Assembly (NCBI GenBank): GCA_016712145.1
Contig: JADJRO010000001.1
Location: 1,560,868-1,624,867 of the forward strand
Length of the DNA: 64,000 nucleotides
DNA from: Saprospiraceae bacterium
Lineage (GTDB): Bacteria > Bacteroidota > Bacteroidia > Chitinophagales > Saprospiraceae
Direction of reading: 5' to 3'
Shown one piece after another: positions 32,579 through 41,543 of this stretch; the stretch's first letter is position 1; every line of letters starts with the position of its first letter. Below the pieces are notes generated by a model. It made no database searches. It was given only the letters and a program-made list of their open reading frames with translations, and had not been told where the DNA came from. The position numbers were made by a program, and so were the translations under genes.

Positions 32579-32610
32579 TTTCTTAATTTTTTAATTACAA
32601 ACAAACGATT

Positions 32611-33024
32611 ATGAATTCAAAAATTATAATTGCCGCAGTAATTGGCGGTTTATCGTCTTTCCTTTTAGGATGGCTATTTTATGGAATCCTTTTTAAAGAG
32701 GCCTTGGCCGGAATGGCAGGATCAGCAACCAATGTAATGCGTGCAGACAGCGAAATGGTTTGGTGGGCATTGATTATAGGTAATCTAGTCATTGGCTATC
32801 TGGTAGCATTTATGTGGAGCAGTTGGGCAGGAATTACAACTTTTATGGGTGGAGCTAAAGCGGGAGCTATCATTGGCTTTCTTTTTTCATTTGGATGGGA
32901 CATGCTGATGTACGGTACAACCAATTGCATGCAAATGAGTGGCGCCCTTTTAGATGTCATGATTTCTACAATCATGTGGGCCATCTCTGCCGGACTTGTC
33001 GGCTGGTGGTTGGGAAGATCTTAA
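32611..33024 (+). CDS. Small 4-TM membrane protein (tandem paralog 2)
   Basis: 137 aa, the same length as 32165..32578. Shared blocks are LLGWL.YG.L.K.A...M.GSAT.VMR...M..WA..IGN, W.GGAKA... and GWWLGRS. Confidence 0.6.
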   Translation: MNSKIIIAAVIGGLSSFLLGWLFYGILFKEALAGMAGSATNVMRADSEMVWWALIIGNLVIGYLVAFMWSSWAGITTFMGGAKAGAIIGFLFSFGWDMLMYGTTNCMQMSGALLDVMISTIMWAISAGLVGWWLGRS

Positions 33025-33046
33025 TTTAATAAGCTCATTTATTATA

Positions 33047-33077
33047 AACCGTTGGAGTTCGCTTCAACGGTTTTTTT
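33047..33077. terminator. Hairpin terminator with TTCG loop between convergent genes
   Basis: aaccgttggag-ttcg-cttcaacggtt followed by T7. It overlaps the stop codon of the minus-strand paaI. Confidence 0.7.
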
Positions 33078-33513
33078 ATTTCCATTCAGCATCTTTTACA
33101 AAAACAAGGCCTTTAAATAATGCCACAATGACCTCTTTTTGATTGCGGACCACCACGTCGTAGTTTCCTAAGGTCTTGGTTCTGGATATTTCTTTGGCTT
33201 CTGCAGTTAATTCGTCTCCTTCAAAAATAGGCCGCACATGATTTACCGAACACTCTATCGATACCGCATGTTTTCCATGGCTGTTGCAGGCAAATGCAAA
33301 TGCACTGTCTGCTAATGAAAAACTGATCCCACCATGAGCTACCCCAAATCCGTTCAACATTTCTTTACGAACCTTCATCCGAATTTTTGCATACCCCAAG
33401 CCTTCCTCAATTCGTTCAATACCCAACCACAAACTGAAAGGATCGTTAAAATACATTTGATCCACAATTTCCGTTACCCTGGACTTTAAATTCATGCCTT
33501 CAATTTTATTCAA
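33076..33513 (-). CDS. paaI: Hydroxyphenylacetyl-CoA thioesterase PaaI (hot-dog fold)
   Basis: 145 aa with NGFGVAHGGISFSLADSAFAFACNS, the typical PaaI/YdiI motif. Confidence 0.75.
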   Translation of the reverse strand: MNKIEGMNLKSRVTEIVDQMYFNDPFSLWLGIERIEEGLGYAKIRMKVRKEMLNGFGVAHGGISFSLADSAFAFACNSHGKHAVSIECSVNHVRPIFEGDELTAEAKEISRTKTLGNYDVVVRNQKEVIVALFKGLVFVKDAEWK

Positions 33514-33634
33514 AAGTAATCAATGAATGGATCATTTATAAAGTCCAGACCTAAAACCCTTTGAAGTTCTACTACTACACTACCCTAGCATCTATATTTG
33601 CTCAAATACTTGATTCAGATTTAATTGTTTAACT

Positions 33635-34450
33635 TTGATTAATTACTTAACTCACATGAAAAAAACAACTTGCTTTTTACTGTTAACCACCTGCTATTTT
33701 GTGAGTCTTTTTTCTCAAACATCCTTTAGTGGAACGTATTCAGGACAGGTCAATGGAGATCAGGTTAAACTCAATTTGCAACTCGTTTCTGCCAATCAGT
33801 TTCAAGGGACTATGGAAGACAGTCAGCAAAAATTCAACATCAAAGCTGAATTAAAAGAATCCCAATTAGTAGGATTCGCTACCGAGGCATCCATGGGACT
33901 TGATTTTCAATTTACTGCAAAGTTGGAATCACAACAATTAATCGTCTCCTTATTTTTAGCAGAGATTGGAATGACAGAACCTCTGATTTTTAACTTGAAC
34001 CAGGATCAACAAGCATCTGATGCTAAGCCACCTGCTCATTCAAATTCAAGCCCAAGTAACCAGGCCATAAATTTTAAATTTCCAAAAGAGGCTCAACACA
34101 ATCCAGAACTAAGCGGAATTTGGAGAAAAGAAGAACAATACAATTCTGGATTTGGAGATACTTATATGGGTGCGAGTTCAAGTCAAAAATTAATCCTTTA
34201 CAGCAACGGCGCAGTAGCCGATGGAGGATCTCAAACAACCCTCAGCGGATCCAATTATTTAGGACAAAGTGAAGGAGGTTTTCAGGCATTGCCCAATGTA
34301 TTTTGGTACAATGTATCCAATCAACTGTATCTGGTTACTATAGAAGATGGCAAAACCAATACAGTCCATCTGGGAAAATATTATATAGAAAACGGCGCGA
34401 TGCTTATTACCAGTAGCAATGGAATAAAATCACTGTTTTATAAGGAATAA
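33635..34450 (+). CDS. Hypothetical secreted protein
   Basis: 271-aa ORF with a signal peptide (TCFLLLTTCYFVSLFSQ). I recognise no family. Its last ~90 bp are duplicated in degenerate form at 35270-35359. Confidence 0.45.
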   Translation: MINYLTHMKKTTCFLLLTTCYFVSLFSQTSFSGTYSGQVNGDQVKLNLQLVSANQFQGTMEDSQQKFNIKAELKESQLVGFATEASMGLDFQFTAKLESQQLIVSLFLAEIGMTEPLIFNLNQDQQASDAKPPAHSNSSPSNQAINFKFPKEAQHNPELSGIWRKEEQYNSGFGDTYMGASSSQKLILYSNGAVADGGSQTTLSGSNYLGQSEGGFQALPNVFWYNVSNQLYLVTIEDGKTNTVHLGKYYIENGAMLITSSNGIKSLFYKE

Positions 34451-34500
34451 ATGAGAATACCTTTATCAGCAGATAGGTTAAATTTGCTATGAAGGTTGCA

Positions 34501-34800
34501 TTAATTTTTTATTCTAGTTTCAACATCCATGCTCTTATGCAAGATCCTATCGATCCATATTTTTTCATCCTTTATCTGGTATACAATTAGATGCGATTTT
34601 ACTTTTAAAACCTTATGATTTTGTTTGATGTTGGCAATTGACTTTCCAATTGCTGGATTTTTACAGATATCTTCAATTTTTGAGATAATAAACTTATAAT
34701 AACTATTTGCTTGCCTAATGGACCATTCATTTACTGTGTAAATCCAAATCTCTTCTAAATCTGTTTTAGCCAAATTACTTAACTCAAAAAGAAATTTCAT
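34501..34800 (-). CDS. parE: Type II toxin, ParE/RelE family
   Basis: 99 aa with LAKTDLEEIWIYTVNEWS..QAN.Y...I...I..NP.IG and HLIVYQIKDEKIWIDRILHKSMD. It has a 4-nt overlap with the upstream antitoxin gene. Confidence 0.8.
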   Translation of the reverse strand: MKFLFELSNLAKTDLEEIWIYTVNEWSIRQANSYYKFIISKIEDICKNPAIGKSIANIKQNHKVLKVKSHLIVYQIKDEKIWIDRILHKSMDVETRIKN

Positions 34801-35042
34801 TTAGCGTGCTTGTCGTTCAAACTAGCCAGGTGTTTTATTGGATCAAATTTTTTGACATATCCACTTTCTTCTCCTTTTTCAATGGCTTCTTTTAAAAGTT
34901 GAATTTTTGATTCTTCAACTTCAATAAGCCTTAATCCTGCCCTTATTACTTCGCTGGCTGAGGCAAATCTTCCAGATTTAATACCTTTTTCAATTATCTC
35001 CTCAAAATGATCCCCAAGTGAAATCGATGTGTTTTTAGACAT
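34797..35042 (-). CDS. parD: Type II antitoxin, ParD family (COG3609-type RHH)
   Basis: 81 aa with MSKNTSISLGDHFEEIIEKGIKSGRFASASEVIRAGLRLIEVEE. Confidence 0.8.
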   Translation of the reverse strand: MSKNTSISLGDHFEEIIEKGIKSGRFASASEVIRAGLRLIEVEESKIQLLKEAIEKGEESGYVKKFDPIKHLASLNDKHAK

Positions 35043-35060
35043 GCTATTTTTTTACAAAAA

Positions 35061-35075
35061 TACCAATTTTTGGTA
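35061..35075 (-). promoter_or_regulatory. Perfect 6-3-6 palindrome upstream of parD (candidate ParD operator)
   Basis: taccaa-ttt-ttggta lies 19 nt upstream of the parD ATG. Type II TA operons are classically autoregulated at such palindromes. Confidence 0.4.
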
Positions 35076-35376
35076 ATTTTGTCAATAAATAATTAAAACA
35101 AACCAAGTCTTTTTTAGTTAAAAATACCTCTCCGTCAAAATTTAAATTTTCTGATCCTGCTTGTTAGACTCTTGATACAATAATCAATAATTTATAACTT
35201 AAAAGACACCCAGACAATATTTTCAACTTCCTCTGTGAGTATAACCACAATAACTTTGGTAAAGAAAAAAACCTTCCTTCCAGGAAATCAACTTGTCGAA
35301 AACAAAGCAATGTAGATTACCAATAGCAATGGAACAATATCACTGTTTTAAAAGGAATACTAACATTCAGTTAAAA

Positions 35377-36519
35377 TTAATAAACATGATTAGTTAAGCC
35401 TATAGAGACGCGGTATCGCTCTTCCTTATAATTTAAATACAAGCGATTCATGGTATCAATACAATGTTGTTTCCCAATTTCTTCTCCCCAAGACAATAAG
35501 CCTTTTGGATAATTGACACCTTTGGTCATTGCCGCTTCAATATCCTGATAACTTGCCAATTTATAATACAAGGCATCGTACGCTTCATTGATAAGCATTA
35601 CTAAAATCCGCCAGGCTATATTTTTAATTAATTCAGGATCCTTGATATTTGGTCCGGGAAGTTCGTTTGAATAATCATAGTATCCTTTACCAGTTTTTTT
35701 TCCCAGCCAATTCGCTGCTACTAAATTGCGTTGTGTAAACGAGGGTTTGTATCGGCTTTCAAAAAAACAAGATTCCCAAACTGAATGCGTCACTGCGTAA
35801 TTAATATCATTGCCAATAAAATCCATTAAGGCAAAAGGTCCCATTTTAAATCCATACACACTGGTCATAGCATAATCAATGCTTGCAAAATCTGCAAAGC
35901 CTTCTTCGTAGATACGGATCGCTTCTGAATAATACGGACGCGCTATTCGGTTTACAATAAAACCAGGAGTGTCCTTTGCCACAACCGGCCATTTTGACCA
36001 GGACTCCATGAGGGATTGCAATGCATCGACATGAATCCGATTGGTTTGAACAGCCGGAATGATTTCAACCAAAGGCATTAATGGTACCGGGTTAAAAAAA
36101 TGCAGTCCAATAACACGTGATGGATTGTTGCACGCTGCAGCCAATGCTGAAATACTCAATGAAGACGTATTGCTGGCAAGTATGCATTCTGGGGAAACAA
36201 TTGGTTCCAGCTTTGAATATAAACTTTTTTTGATCTGTAAATTTTCAACGATGGCTTCAATTATCAAATGACAGGATTCAAAAGCTTGCAACTGATTGAC
36301 AAAATAAATCCGACCCATGATCGCCACGGCTTCCTGGGCTGTCAATTTGGATTTTTCCACCAGCTTATTACAAACCTCTTGTAATTTTTTTTGTGCAGCT
36401 TGCATGGCTGCTTCCATTTCATCATACAAGATCACTTCATGACCAGATTGTGCTGCAAGTTGTGCAATTCCAATTCCCATGGTACCTGCACCTATGACTC
36501 CTATTTTAAATGTTTTCAT
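35377..36519 (-). CDS. paaH: 3-hydroxyacyl-CoA (3-hydroxyadipyl-CoA) dehydrogenase
   Basis: Carries KIGVIGAGTMGIGIAQLAAQSGHEVILYD (NAD fold), NTSSLSI and GLHFFNPVPLMPLVEII; 380 aa. The paaH name rests on paa-cluster context. Confidence 0.8.
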   Translation of the reverse strand: MKTFKIGVIGAGTMGIGIAQLAAQSGHEVILYDEMEAAMQAAQKKLQEVCNKLVEKSKLTAQEAVAIMGRIYFVNQLQAFESCHLIIEAIVENLQIKKSLYSKLEPIVSPECILASNTSSLSISALAAACNNPSRVIGLHFFNPVPLMPLVEIIPAVQTNRIHVDALQSLMESWSKWPVVAKDTPGFIVNRIARPYYSEAIRIYEEGFADFASIDYAMTSVYGFKMGPFALMDFIGNDINYAVTHSVWESCFFESRYKPSFTQRNLVAANWLGKKTGKGYYDYSNELPGPNIKDPELIKNIAWRILVMLINEAYDALYYKLASYQDIEAAMTKGVNYPKGLLSWGEEIGKQHCIDTMNRLYLNYKEERYRVSIGLTNHVY

Positions 36520-36531
36520 GAATTGATGATC

Positions 36532-37335
36532 TTACTTGCCTTTAAAAACTGGCATCCGTTTTTCTAAAAACGCTTGCGTTCCTTCTTTGTAATCCGCTGT
36601 CTCACCGGCTTCTTTTTGATACTGAAGTTCGGCCTGTAATTGTTCTTCTAAATTATTGCCAAAACTTTGATTCAATAATTTTTTAGTCAAGGCCAATGCT
36701 TTGGTAGGCATTTGTGCAATTCTACATGCCAGCTTATTAAGCTCCTCTTTAAACTCCTCGTCTTTAAACATTTTATAAATCATTCCTGATTGGAAAGCTT
36801 CGCTAGCTGTACATTTATCACCTGTCATTATTAATGCGGATGCTTTATTCCACCCAATCAATCTGGGTAAAAAATAACTGCCACCACTATCTGGTACCAA
36901 TCCAATTTTTGAAAATGCCTGAATGAATGAAGCAGATTCACTGGCAACCACCACATCACATGCCAATGCAATGTTGGCACCTGCTCCTGCAGCAACCCCA
37001 TTTACACCAGCAATAACCGGCTTATCCAAGTTTCTGATTTTTAAGATGATTGGATTGTAATGTTCTTTCAATATTTTTTCCAATCCCGGACCTTCAGGAT
37101 CCATGGCTTCCTGCAAATCTTGTCCGGCGCAAAATGCTTTCCCTGTTCCTGTAATGACTACACATCGAACGGAATCATCTGCCTGAATGGCATCCAATAA
37201 TTGAATTAATTCCATAGCCATTCCCCGATGAAATGAATTAAAAACCTGTGGCCGATTTAAAGTAATCCAGGCTATTGAATCCTCCAATTGATAATTAATA
37301 AATTCCATACTTTCAAATATACGCATTAATGACAT
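36532..37335 (-). CDS. paaG: Enoyl-CoA hydratase/isomerase (crotonase) family, PaaG/PaaF-type
   Basis: Carries VVITGTGKAFCAGQDL, VIAGVNGVAAGAGANIALACD and GLVPDSGGSYFLPRLIG. It sits between paaD and paaH. The choice of G versus F cannot be settled by eye. Confidence 0.65.
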   Translation of the reverse strand: MSLMRIFESMEFINYQLEDSIAWITLNRPQVFNSFHRGMAMELIQLLDAIQADDSVRCVVITGTGKAFCAGQDLQEAMDPEGPGLEKILKEHYNPIILKIRNLDKPVIAGVNGVAAGAGANIALACDVVVASESASFIQAFSKIGLVPDSGGSYFLPRLIGWNKASALIMTGDKCTASEAFQSGMIYKMFKDEEFKEELNKLACRIAQMPTKALALTKKLLNQSFGNNLEEQLQAELQYQKEAGETADYKEGTQAFLEKRMPVFKGK

Positions 37336-37823
37336 TTAAAATAATCGAAGGGCTCTTTGCAGTCCAAACATCGGTAAAGTGCTTTGCATGCTGTCGAACC
37401 AAATTCGCTGATTTTTTCTGTGTGTTCTGATTGGCATCGGGGACAAGCAATCGCAAGTTCTCTTTCAAATAATGCTGGAATACGTCCTGAAAATCCAACA
37501 GGAGCTGCAATGCCGTATTCCTTTAATTTTTGTTTTCCGCTGGCACTCATCCAATCGGTTGTCCAGGCTGGACTTAAAATCGTTTCGATGCTTACTGAAA
37601 TTTTTTCTACATCAAAAGCCGCTTGCAAATTCATTTCAATCAATTTCATTGCAGGGCAACCGGTATAGGTTGGTGTAATTTGAATTTTAACGTGTTCATC
37701 AAGGATTTCTACCTTGCGAATAATTCCCAAATCCACAACACTCAATACGGGAACTTCAGGATCCAATATGGTTTCTAAAATTTCGAAAATATGTTCCCTT
37801 GTGATCATCTTGTTTATTATCAA
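37326..37823 (-). CDS. paaD: 1,2-phenylacetyl-CoA epoxidase subunit PaaD
   Basis: 165 aa with DPEVPVLSVVDLGIIR, TPTYTGCPAM and the C-terminal Cys cluster CPRCQS...CKALYRCLDCKEPF. Confidence 0.85.
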   Translation of the reverse strand: MIINKMITREHIFEILETILDPEVPVLSVVDLGIIRKVEILDEHVKIQITPTYTGCPAMKLIEMNLQAAFDVEKISVSIETILSPAWTTDWMSASGKQKLKEYGIAAPVGFSGRIPALFERELAIACPRCQSEHTEKISEFGSTACKALYRCLDCKEPFDYFKCH

Positions 37824-37856
37824 TAAAAGGCTGGAACTCCATCCATGGGCAATCCC

Positions 37857-38618
37857 TTACCAGGTCAATCCCGGATAGGAGCGTTGCATGTATTGCATAT
37901 CTGCTAATATATAACCCATAGCTTCTGAGTGAATGCCTGTTTTCCCTCCTGATTGCATCCACTGGTTTTGAGGTTGAACCAAAGTGGCTTCAGCAAGTAC
38001 TTGTTGTACCTTCTGATTCCAGCTGTTTTGAATTAAGCTTAAATCCGGTGCTACTTGTTCTTCAAGCATGCTTTGTTCGTATATGGCAGGTGTAAATAAT
38101 TCTCCTGTATAGGACCATAATTCGTCCAAAGCCGTTTGCATTTTTTGATGTGAAACGGAGGTGCCATCACCCAATCGAATGACCCATTCTGCACTCCATT
38201 TTAAATGATAGGCTGTTTCTTTCACCGTTTTTTCTGCGATCGCTGCAAGCTGAGGATCTGCACTGTTTTTTAAAGCAGTATAATAGGGAAAATGAAAAGC
38301 TTCCAATAAAAACTGCCTACCAACAGAATACGCAAAATCAACATTTGGATGTTCGGCCATCAATACATTTTTAAATTCACGCTCATCTCTTAAAAAAGCA
38401 AGCCGATCTTCATCTGTTTCTGTTTCAGAAAGTGTAGCAATGTATTGGTAAAGCAATCTGGAGCGACCTATGTAATCCAAAGAAATATTGGTCATAGCAA
38501 TATCTTGCTCTAAAACCGGTCCATGACCACACCATTCCCCAAGACGTTGACCCAATATCAAAGCAGTATCGGCAAGATAAAGCAGGTAATCAATTTTATG
38601 TTGAGAATTGGTATTCAT
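37857..38618 (-). CDS. paaC: 1,2-phenylacetyl-CoA epoxidase subunit PaaC
   Basis: 253-aa ferritin-like protein (YLLYLADTALILGQRLGEWCGHGPVLEQDIAMTNISLD) located between paaB and paaD. Confidence 0.85.
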   Translation of the reverse strand: MNTNSQHKIDYLLYLADTALILGQRLGEWCGHGPVLEQDIAMTNISLDYIGRSRLLYQYIATLSETETDEDRLAFLRDEREFKNVLMAEHPNVDFAYSVGRQFLLEAFHFPYYTALKNSADPQLAAIAEKTVKETAYHLKWSAEWVIRLGDGTSVSHQKMQTALDELWSYTGELFTPAIYEQSMLEEQVAPDLSLIQNSWNQKVQQVLAEATLVQPQNQWMQSGGKTGIHSEAMGYILADMQYMQRSYPGLTW

Positions 38619-38900
38619 TTACATGTGTTTTACTTCATCCGGCAAATCGTAAAAAGTAGGATGCCTATAAATTTTATCCAAAGCAGGTTCAAAAAAGGGA
38701 TCACTATCCACCGGATCCGAAGCACTTATGTATTTTGATTCTACAACCCAGATACTAATGCCTTCCTGTCTGCGTGTATAAACATCGCGCGCATTTTCAA
38801 TTGCCATTTGTGCATCTGCTGCATGCAAACTTCCAACATGTTTGTGATTCAATCCGGACTTGCTCCGAATAAATATTTCAAATAAGGGCCAGTTTTTCAT
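38619..38900 (-). CDS. paaB: 1,2-phenylacetyl-CoA epoxidase subunit PaaB
   Basis: The 93-aa product from ATG at 38900 reads MKNWPLFEIFIRSKSGLNHKHVGSLHAADAQMAIENARDVYTRR...FYDLP. The longer track ORF (to 39047) reads through the intergenic repeats and overlaps paaA. Confidence 0.85.
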   Translation of the reverse strand: MKNWPLFEIFIRSKSGLNHKHVGSLHAADAQMAIENARDVYTRRQEGISIWVVESKYISASDPVDSDPFFEPALDKIYRHPTFYDLPDEVKHM

Positions 38901-38914
38901 AAGAGGTTTTTTTG

Positions 38915-38954
38915 CTGTTAGACTATTAGACTGTTGGGCTGTTGGGCTGTTAGT
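38915..38954. repeat. Five tandem copies of an 8-bp unit (CTGTTRGR) in the paaA-paaB spacer
   Basis: ctgttaga ctattaga ctgttggg ctgttggg ctgttagt. On the mRNA strand this reads NNNAACAG five times. Confidence 0.8.
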
Positions 38955-38967
38955 AAATAAAATCATT

Positions 38968-38995
38968 GTAATTCGTAATTCGTAATTCGTAATTA
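38968..38995. repeat. Four tandem copies of a 7-bp unit (GTAATTC) overlapping the paaA stop codon
   Basis: gtaattc gtaattc gtaattc gtaatta. On the mRNA strand this is TTACGAA repeats directly after and over the paaA TAA. Confidence 0.8.
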
Positions 38996-39925
38996 ATTTT
39001 TCTCCCTCCTCTTCTCCGCATACGCCACCGCAGCATCCCGAACCCATTCACCATTTTCATAGGCTTGAATTCGATCCTTAAGGCGTTGTTTATTACACGG
39101 ACCATTTCCTTTTACAACATTCCAAAATTCATCCCAATCAATTTTTCCAAAATCGTAGGATTTACGTTCTTCATTCCATTTTAAATCCGGATCTGGAATT
39201 TTTAAACCAATTAATTCAGCTTGTGGAACGGTCATATCAATAAATCGTTGGCGCAATTCATCATTAGAAAAACGCTTTATTTTCCATTTAATACTTTGCG
39301 CTGAATGCGTAGAATCATTATCATTTGGACCAAACATCATGATACTTAGCCACCACCATCGGTTTAAGGCATCTTGTGCCATGTTTTTTTGTTCATCAGA
39401 ACCTTTGGAAAGGGTCAACATGATTTCATAACCTTGTCGTTGATGAAAACTTTCTTCCTTACAAATCCGGATCATGGCTCTTGAATAAGGTCCATAAGAA
39501 GTTCGGCATAAAGGGATTTGATTCATAATAGCCGCTCCATCTACTAACCAGCCAATTGCACCCATATCGGCCCAGGTCAATGCCGGATAATTAAAAATCG
39601 ACGAATATTTTGCTTTGCCTGTATGTAATTCATTTAGTAATTCTTCCCGATCAATCCCCAATGTTTCACACGCACTGTATAAATACAATCCATGACCTGC
39701 TTCATCTTGAATTTTTGCTAACAAAATGGCTTTACGTTTTAAACTGGGTGCTCGGGTAATCCAGTTTCCTTCAGGAAGCATCCCAACGATTTCAGAATGA
39801 GCATGCTGGCTGATTTGTCGAATCAATGTTTTCCGATAAGCCTCAGGCATCCAATCTTTTGCTTCAATCCGATCTTCTTTGTCAATTTTTTCTTGAAAAT
39901 GTCCTTCCAAATCAATGCGCAACAT
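38993..39925 (-). CDS. paaA: 1,2-phenylacetyl-CoA epoxidase catalytic subunit PaaA
   Basis: 310-aa di-iron ferritin-like protein with [22 protein letters not shown] and EESFHQRQG. Confidence 0.9.
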   Translation of the reverse strand: MLRIDLEGHFQEKIDKEDRIEAKDWMPEAYRKTLIRQISQHAHSEIVGMLPEGNWITRAPSLKRKAILLAKIQDEAGHGLYLYSACETLGIDREELLNELHTGKAKYSSIFNYPALTWADMGAIGWLVDGAAIMNQIPLCRTSYGPYSRAMIRICKEESFHQRQGYEIMLTLSKGSDEQKNMAQDALNRWWWLSIMMFGPNDNDSTHSAQSIKWKIKRFSNDELRQRFIDMTVPQAELIGLKIPDPDLKWNEERKSYDFGKIDWDEFWNVVKGNGPCNKQRLKDRIQAYENGEWVRDAAVAYAEKRREKN

Positions 39926-39968
39926 AGGCTGTATTATTTACTAATGGGTTCAATTAATTAACTGCTTG

Positions 39969-41032
39969 TTATTTGTCAAAATTAACTTCAATTTTTGATG
40001 ATTTCGGAAAGGATTGACAACTTAAAATATATCCATTTTCAATTTCATCTGCTTCCAATCCATAATTAACCATCATTTCTACATCGCCTTTTACAAGTTT
40101 GGTTTTGCATGTACAACAAACCCCTCCCTTGCATGCATAGGGCAAATTTGCACCTTGCTTTAAAGCTGCATCCAATAAATTATCTGTATTAAAAGGCAAA
40201 CTAAATTCAAAGGTGCGCCCATCCAAAGTCATGCGAACTAAACAGATTTCAGTATCCGATGCATGATTAAAATGTGGTTTTGGTTTTTGGATTTGCACTC
40301 CAAACAATTCCATGTGGATATGGTGAGGATCCACTCCCATGTGCTGAAGTTGTTCACGAAGTTCAAGGATCATGGTTTCTGGCCCGCACATGAAAAACTC
40401 ATCGATGTCTTCAATTTTAAAGATGCTTTGCGTAAATCGCTTTAGTTTCTCTGCATTGATTCGACCGTGAAATAATTCTTCTTCTGTTTCTTCTCTAGAA
40501 AGTAAAAATGAAGTGCCAGGCGTTCTTTATTTAAATTTTTAAGCGCTAATAATTCTTCCAAAAATATAATTTGTTCCGTTCGCTGACTGCCATAAAATAA
40601 TAGTACAGAACTTTCGGGCTCTACCTTTAAAATTTGTTTAATAATTCCCAGAATCGGTGTGATACCACTTCCCGCTGCAAAAACATATCGTTTGGATTGT
40701 TCTGGATTCAGTTTTGTAAAAAATCGTCCTGCTGGTACTTGAACGGAAAGGATATCTCCAATTTTAAGTTGTTGATTTACAAAACAACTAAAAACCCCAT
40801 TGTGCACTTCTTTTACTGCAATGCGCCATTTTTTTTCAAAAGGGGCGGAACACAAGGAATACGATCTGCGTAAAAGTTGACCATTTAGTTCCTTTTCAAG
40901 ACTAATGTATTGGCCCTGTGAATATTGAAAAATATCTTGTAATGAATCCGGAACTGCAAATTCAACACTTACACAATCATCGGTTTCGCGGCTTATATTT
41001 TGTACTTTTAACTCGTACAATTCATGTGACAT
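39969..41032 (-). pseudogene. paaE: Phenylacetyl-CoA epoxidase reductase PaaE (FNR-like + 2Fe-2S), split into 40442..41032 and 39969..40391 by a 1-nt frameshift
   Basis: The N-terminal ORF holds the FAD/NAD domain (RRSYSLCS, VFAAGSGITP). The C-terminal ORF holds the plant-type ferredoxin (PYACKGGVCCTCKTKL). Changing sense T5 to T6 (plus-strand A5 at 40504-40508) gives ...LALHFLLSREETEEELFHGRINAEKLKRF...DEFFMCGPETM, a canonical PaaE segment. The combined length is about 355 aa. Confidence 0.85.
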
Positions 41033-41117
41033 AGCGCAAATTTACCATAATCACAGCAGAGTTCAATACTCAATTATTCAAACAAATTCTTTTTGGAAAA
41101 ATGGAATTTATTAAAAT

Positions 41118-41459
41118 TTAATCCCCATAAACGGAGCCTTTTCCAAATTTTTCTACTAAAAGGTAATAAAATATTGCCCGATATTTATTTCGATTACTGG
41201 AGCCGAACTGGGCAGTAACTTCAGCCAAAGCCTCTTCAATGGCTTGATCATCGGTTATTCCTAGTTTTCCATTTAAAAAACTGGTTTTAACCCGATTCAT
41301 TTCATCTGGATCAGAACTTGACACCAAGGAGGCATCGTCGCTGTATAAGGATGGACCCAATCCTTTTGCAACTTTTGAAAACAAGTCCAGATTTACATTC
41401 AAACCCAGTTTTGTGGCTTCACCAAGCAGAAAATCTAATTTATCATCAAACGCACTCAT
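41118..41459 (-). CDS. DUF2853-family protein
   Basis: From the internal ATG at 41459 it reads MSAFDDKLDFLLGEATKLGLNVNLDLFSKVAKGLGPSLY...NRNKYRAIFYYLLVEKFGK, which is typical of DUF2853. Confidence 0.6.
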   Translation of the reverse strand: MSAFDDKLDFLLGEATKLGLNVNLDLFSKVAKGLGPSLYSDDASLVSSSDPDEMNRVKTSFLNGKLGITDDQAIEEALAEVTAQFGSSNRNKYRAIFYYLLVEKFGKGSVYGD

Positions 41460-41543
41460 AAAATTTTGGTTTATTTGTCCTAAAGTTACTACGAAATCCA
41501 TCTCAGCAGAATACAATTTTAAATAAATCATCCCTTGCTTAAA

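Noticed and set aside
38901-39047. N-terminal extension of the 142-aa track ORF ([27 protein letters not shown]...).
   Set aside because: It is read-through of the tandem-repeat spacer and overlaps the paaA 3' end. The PaaB homology begins at the internal MKNWPLFEIF (ATG at 38900).
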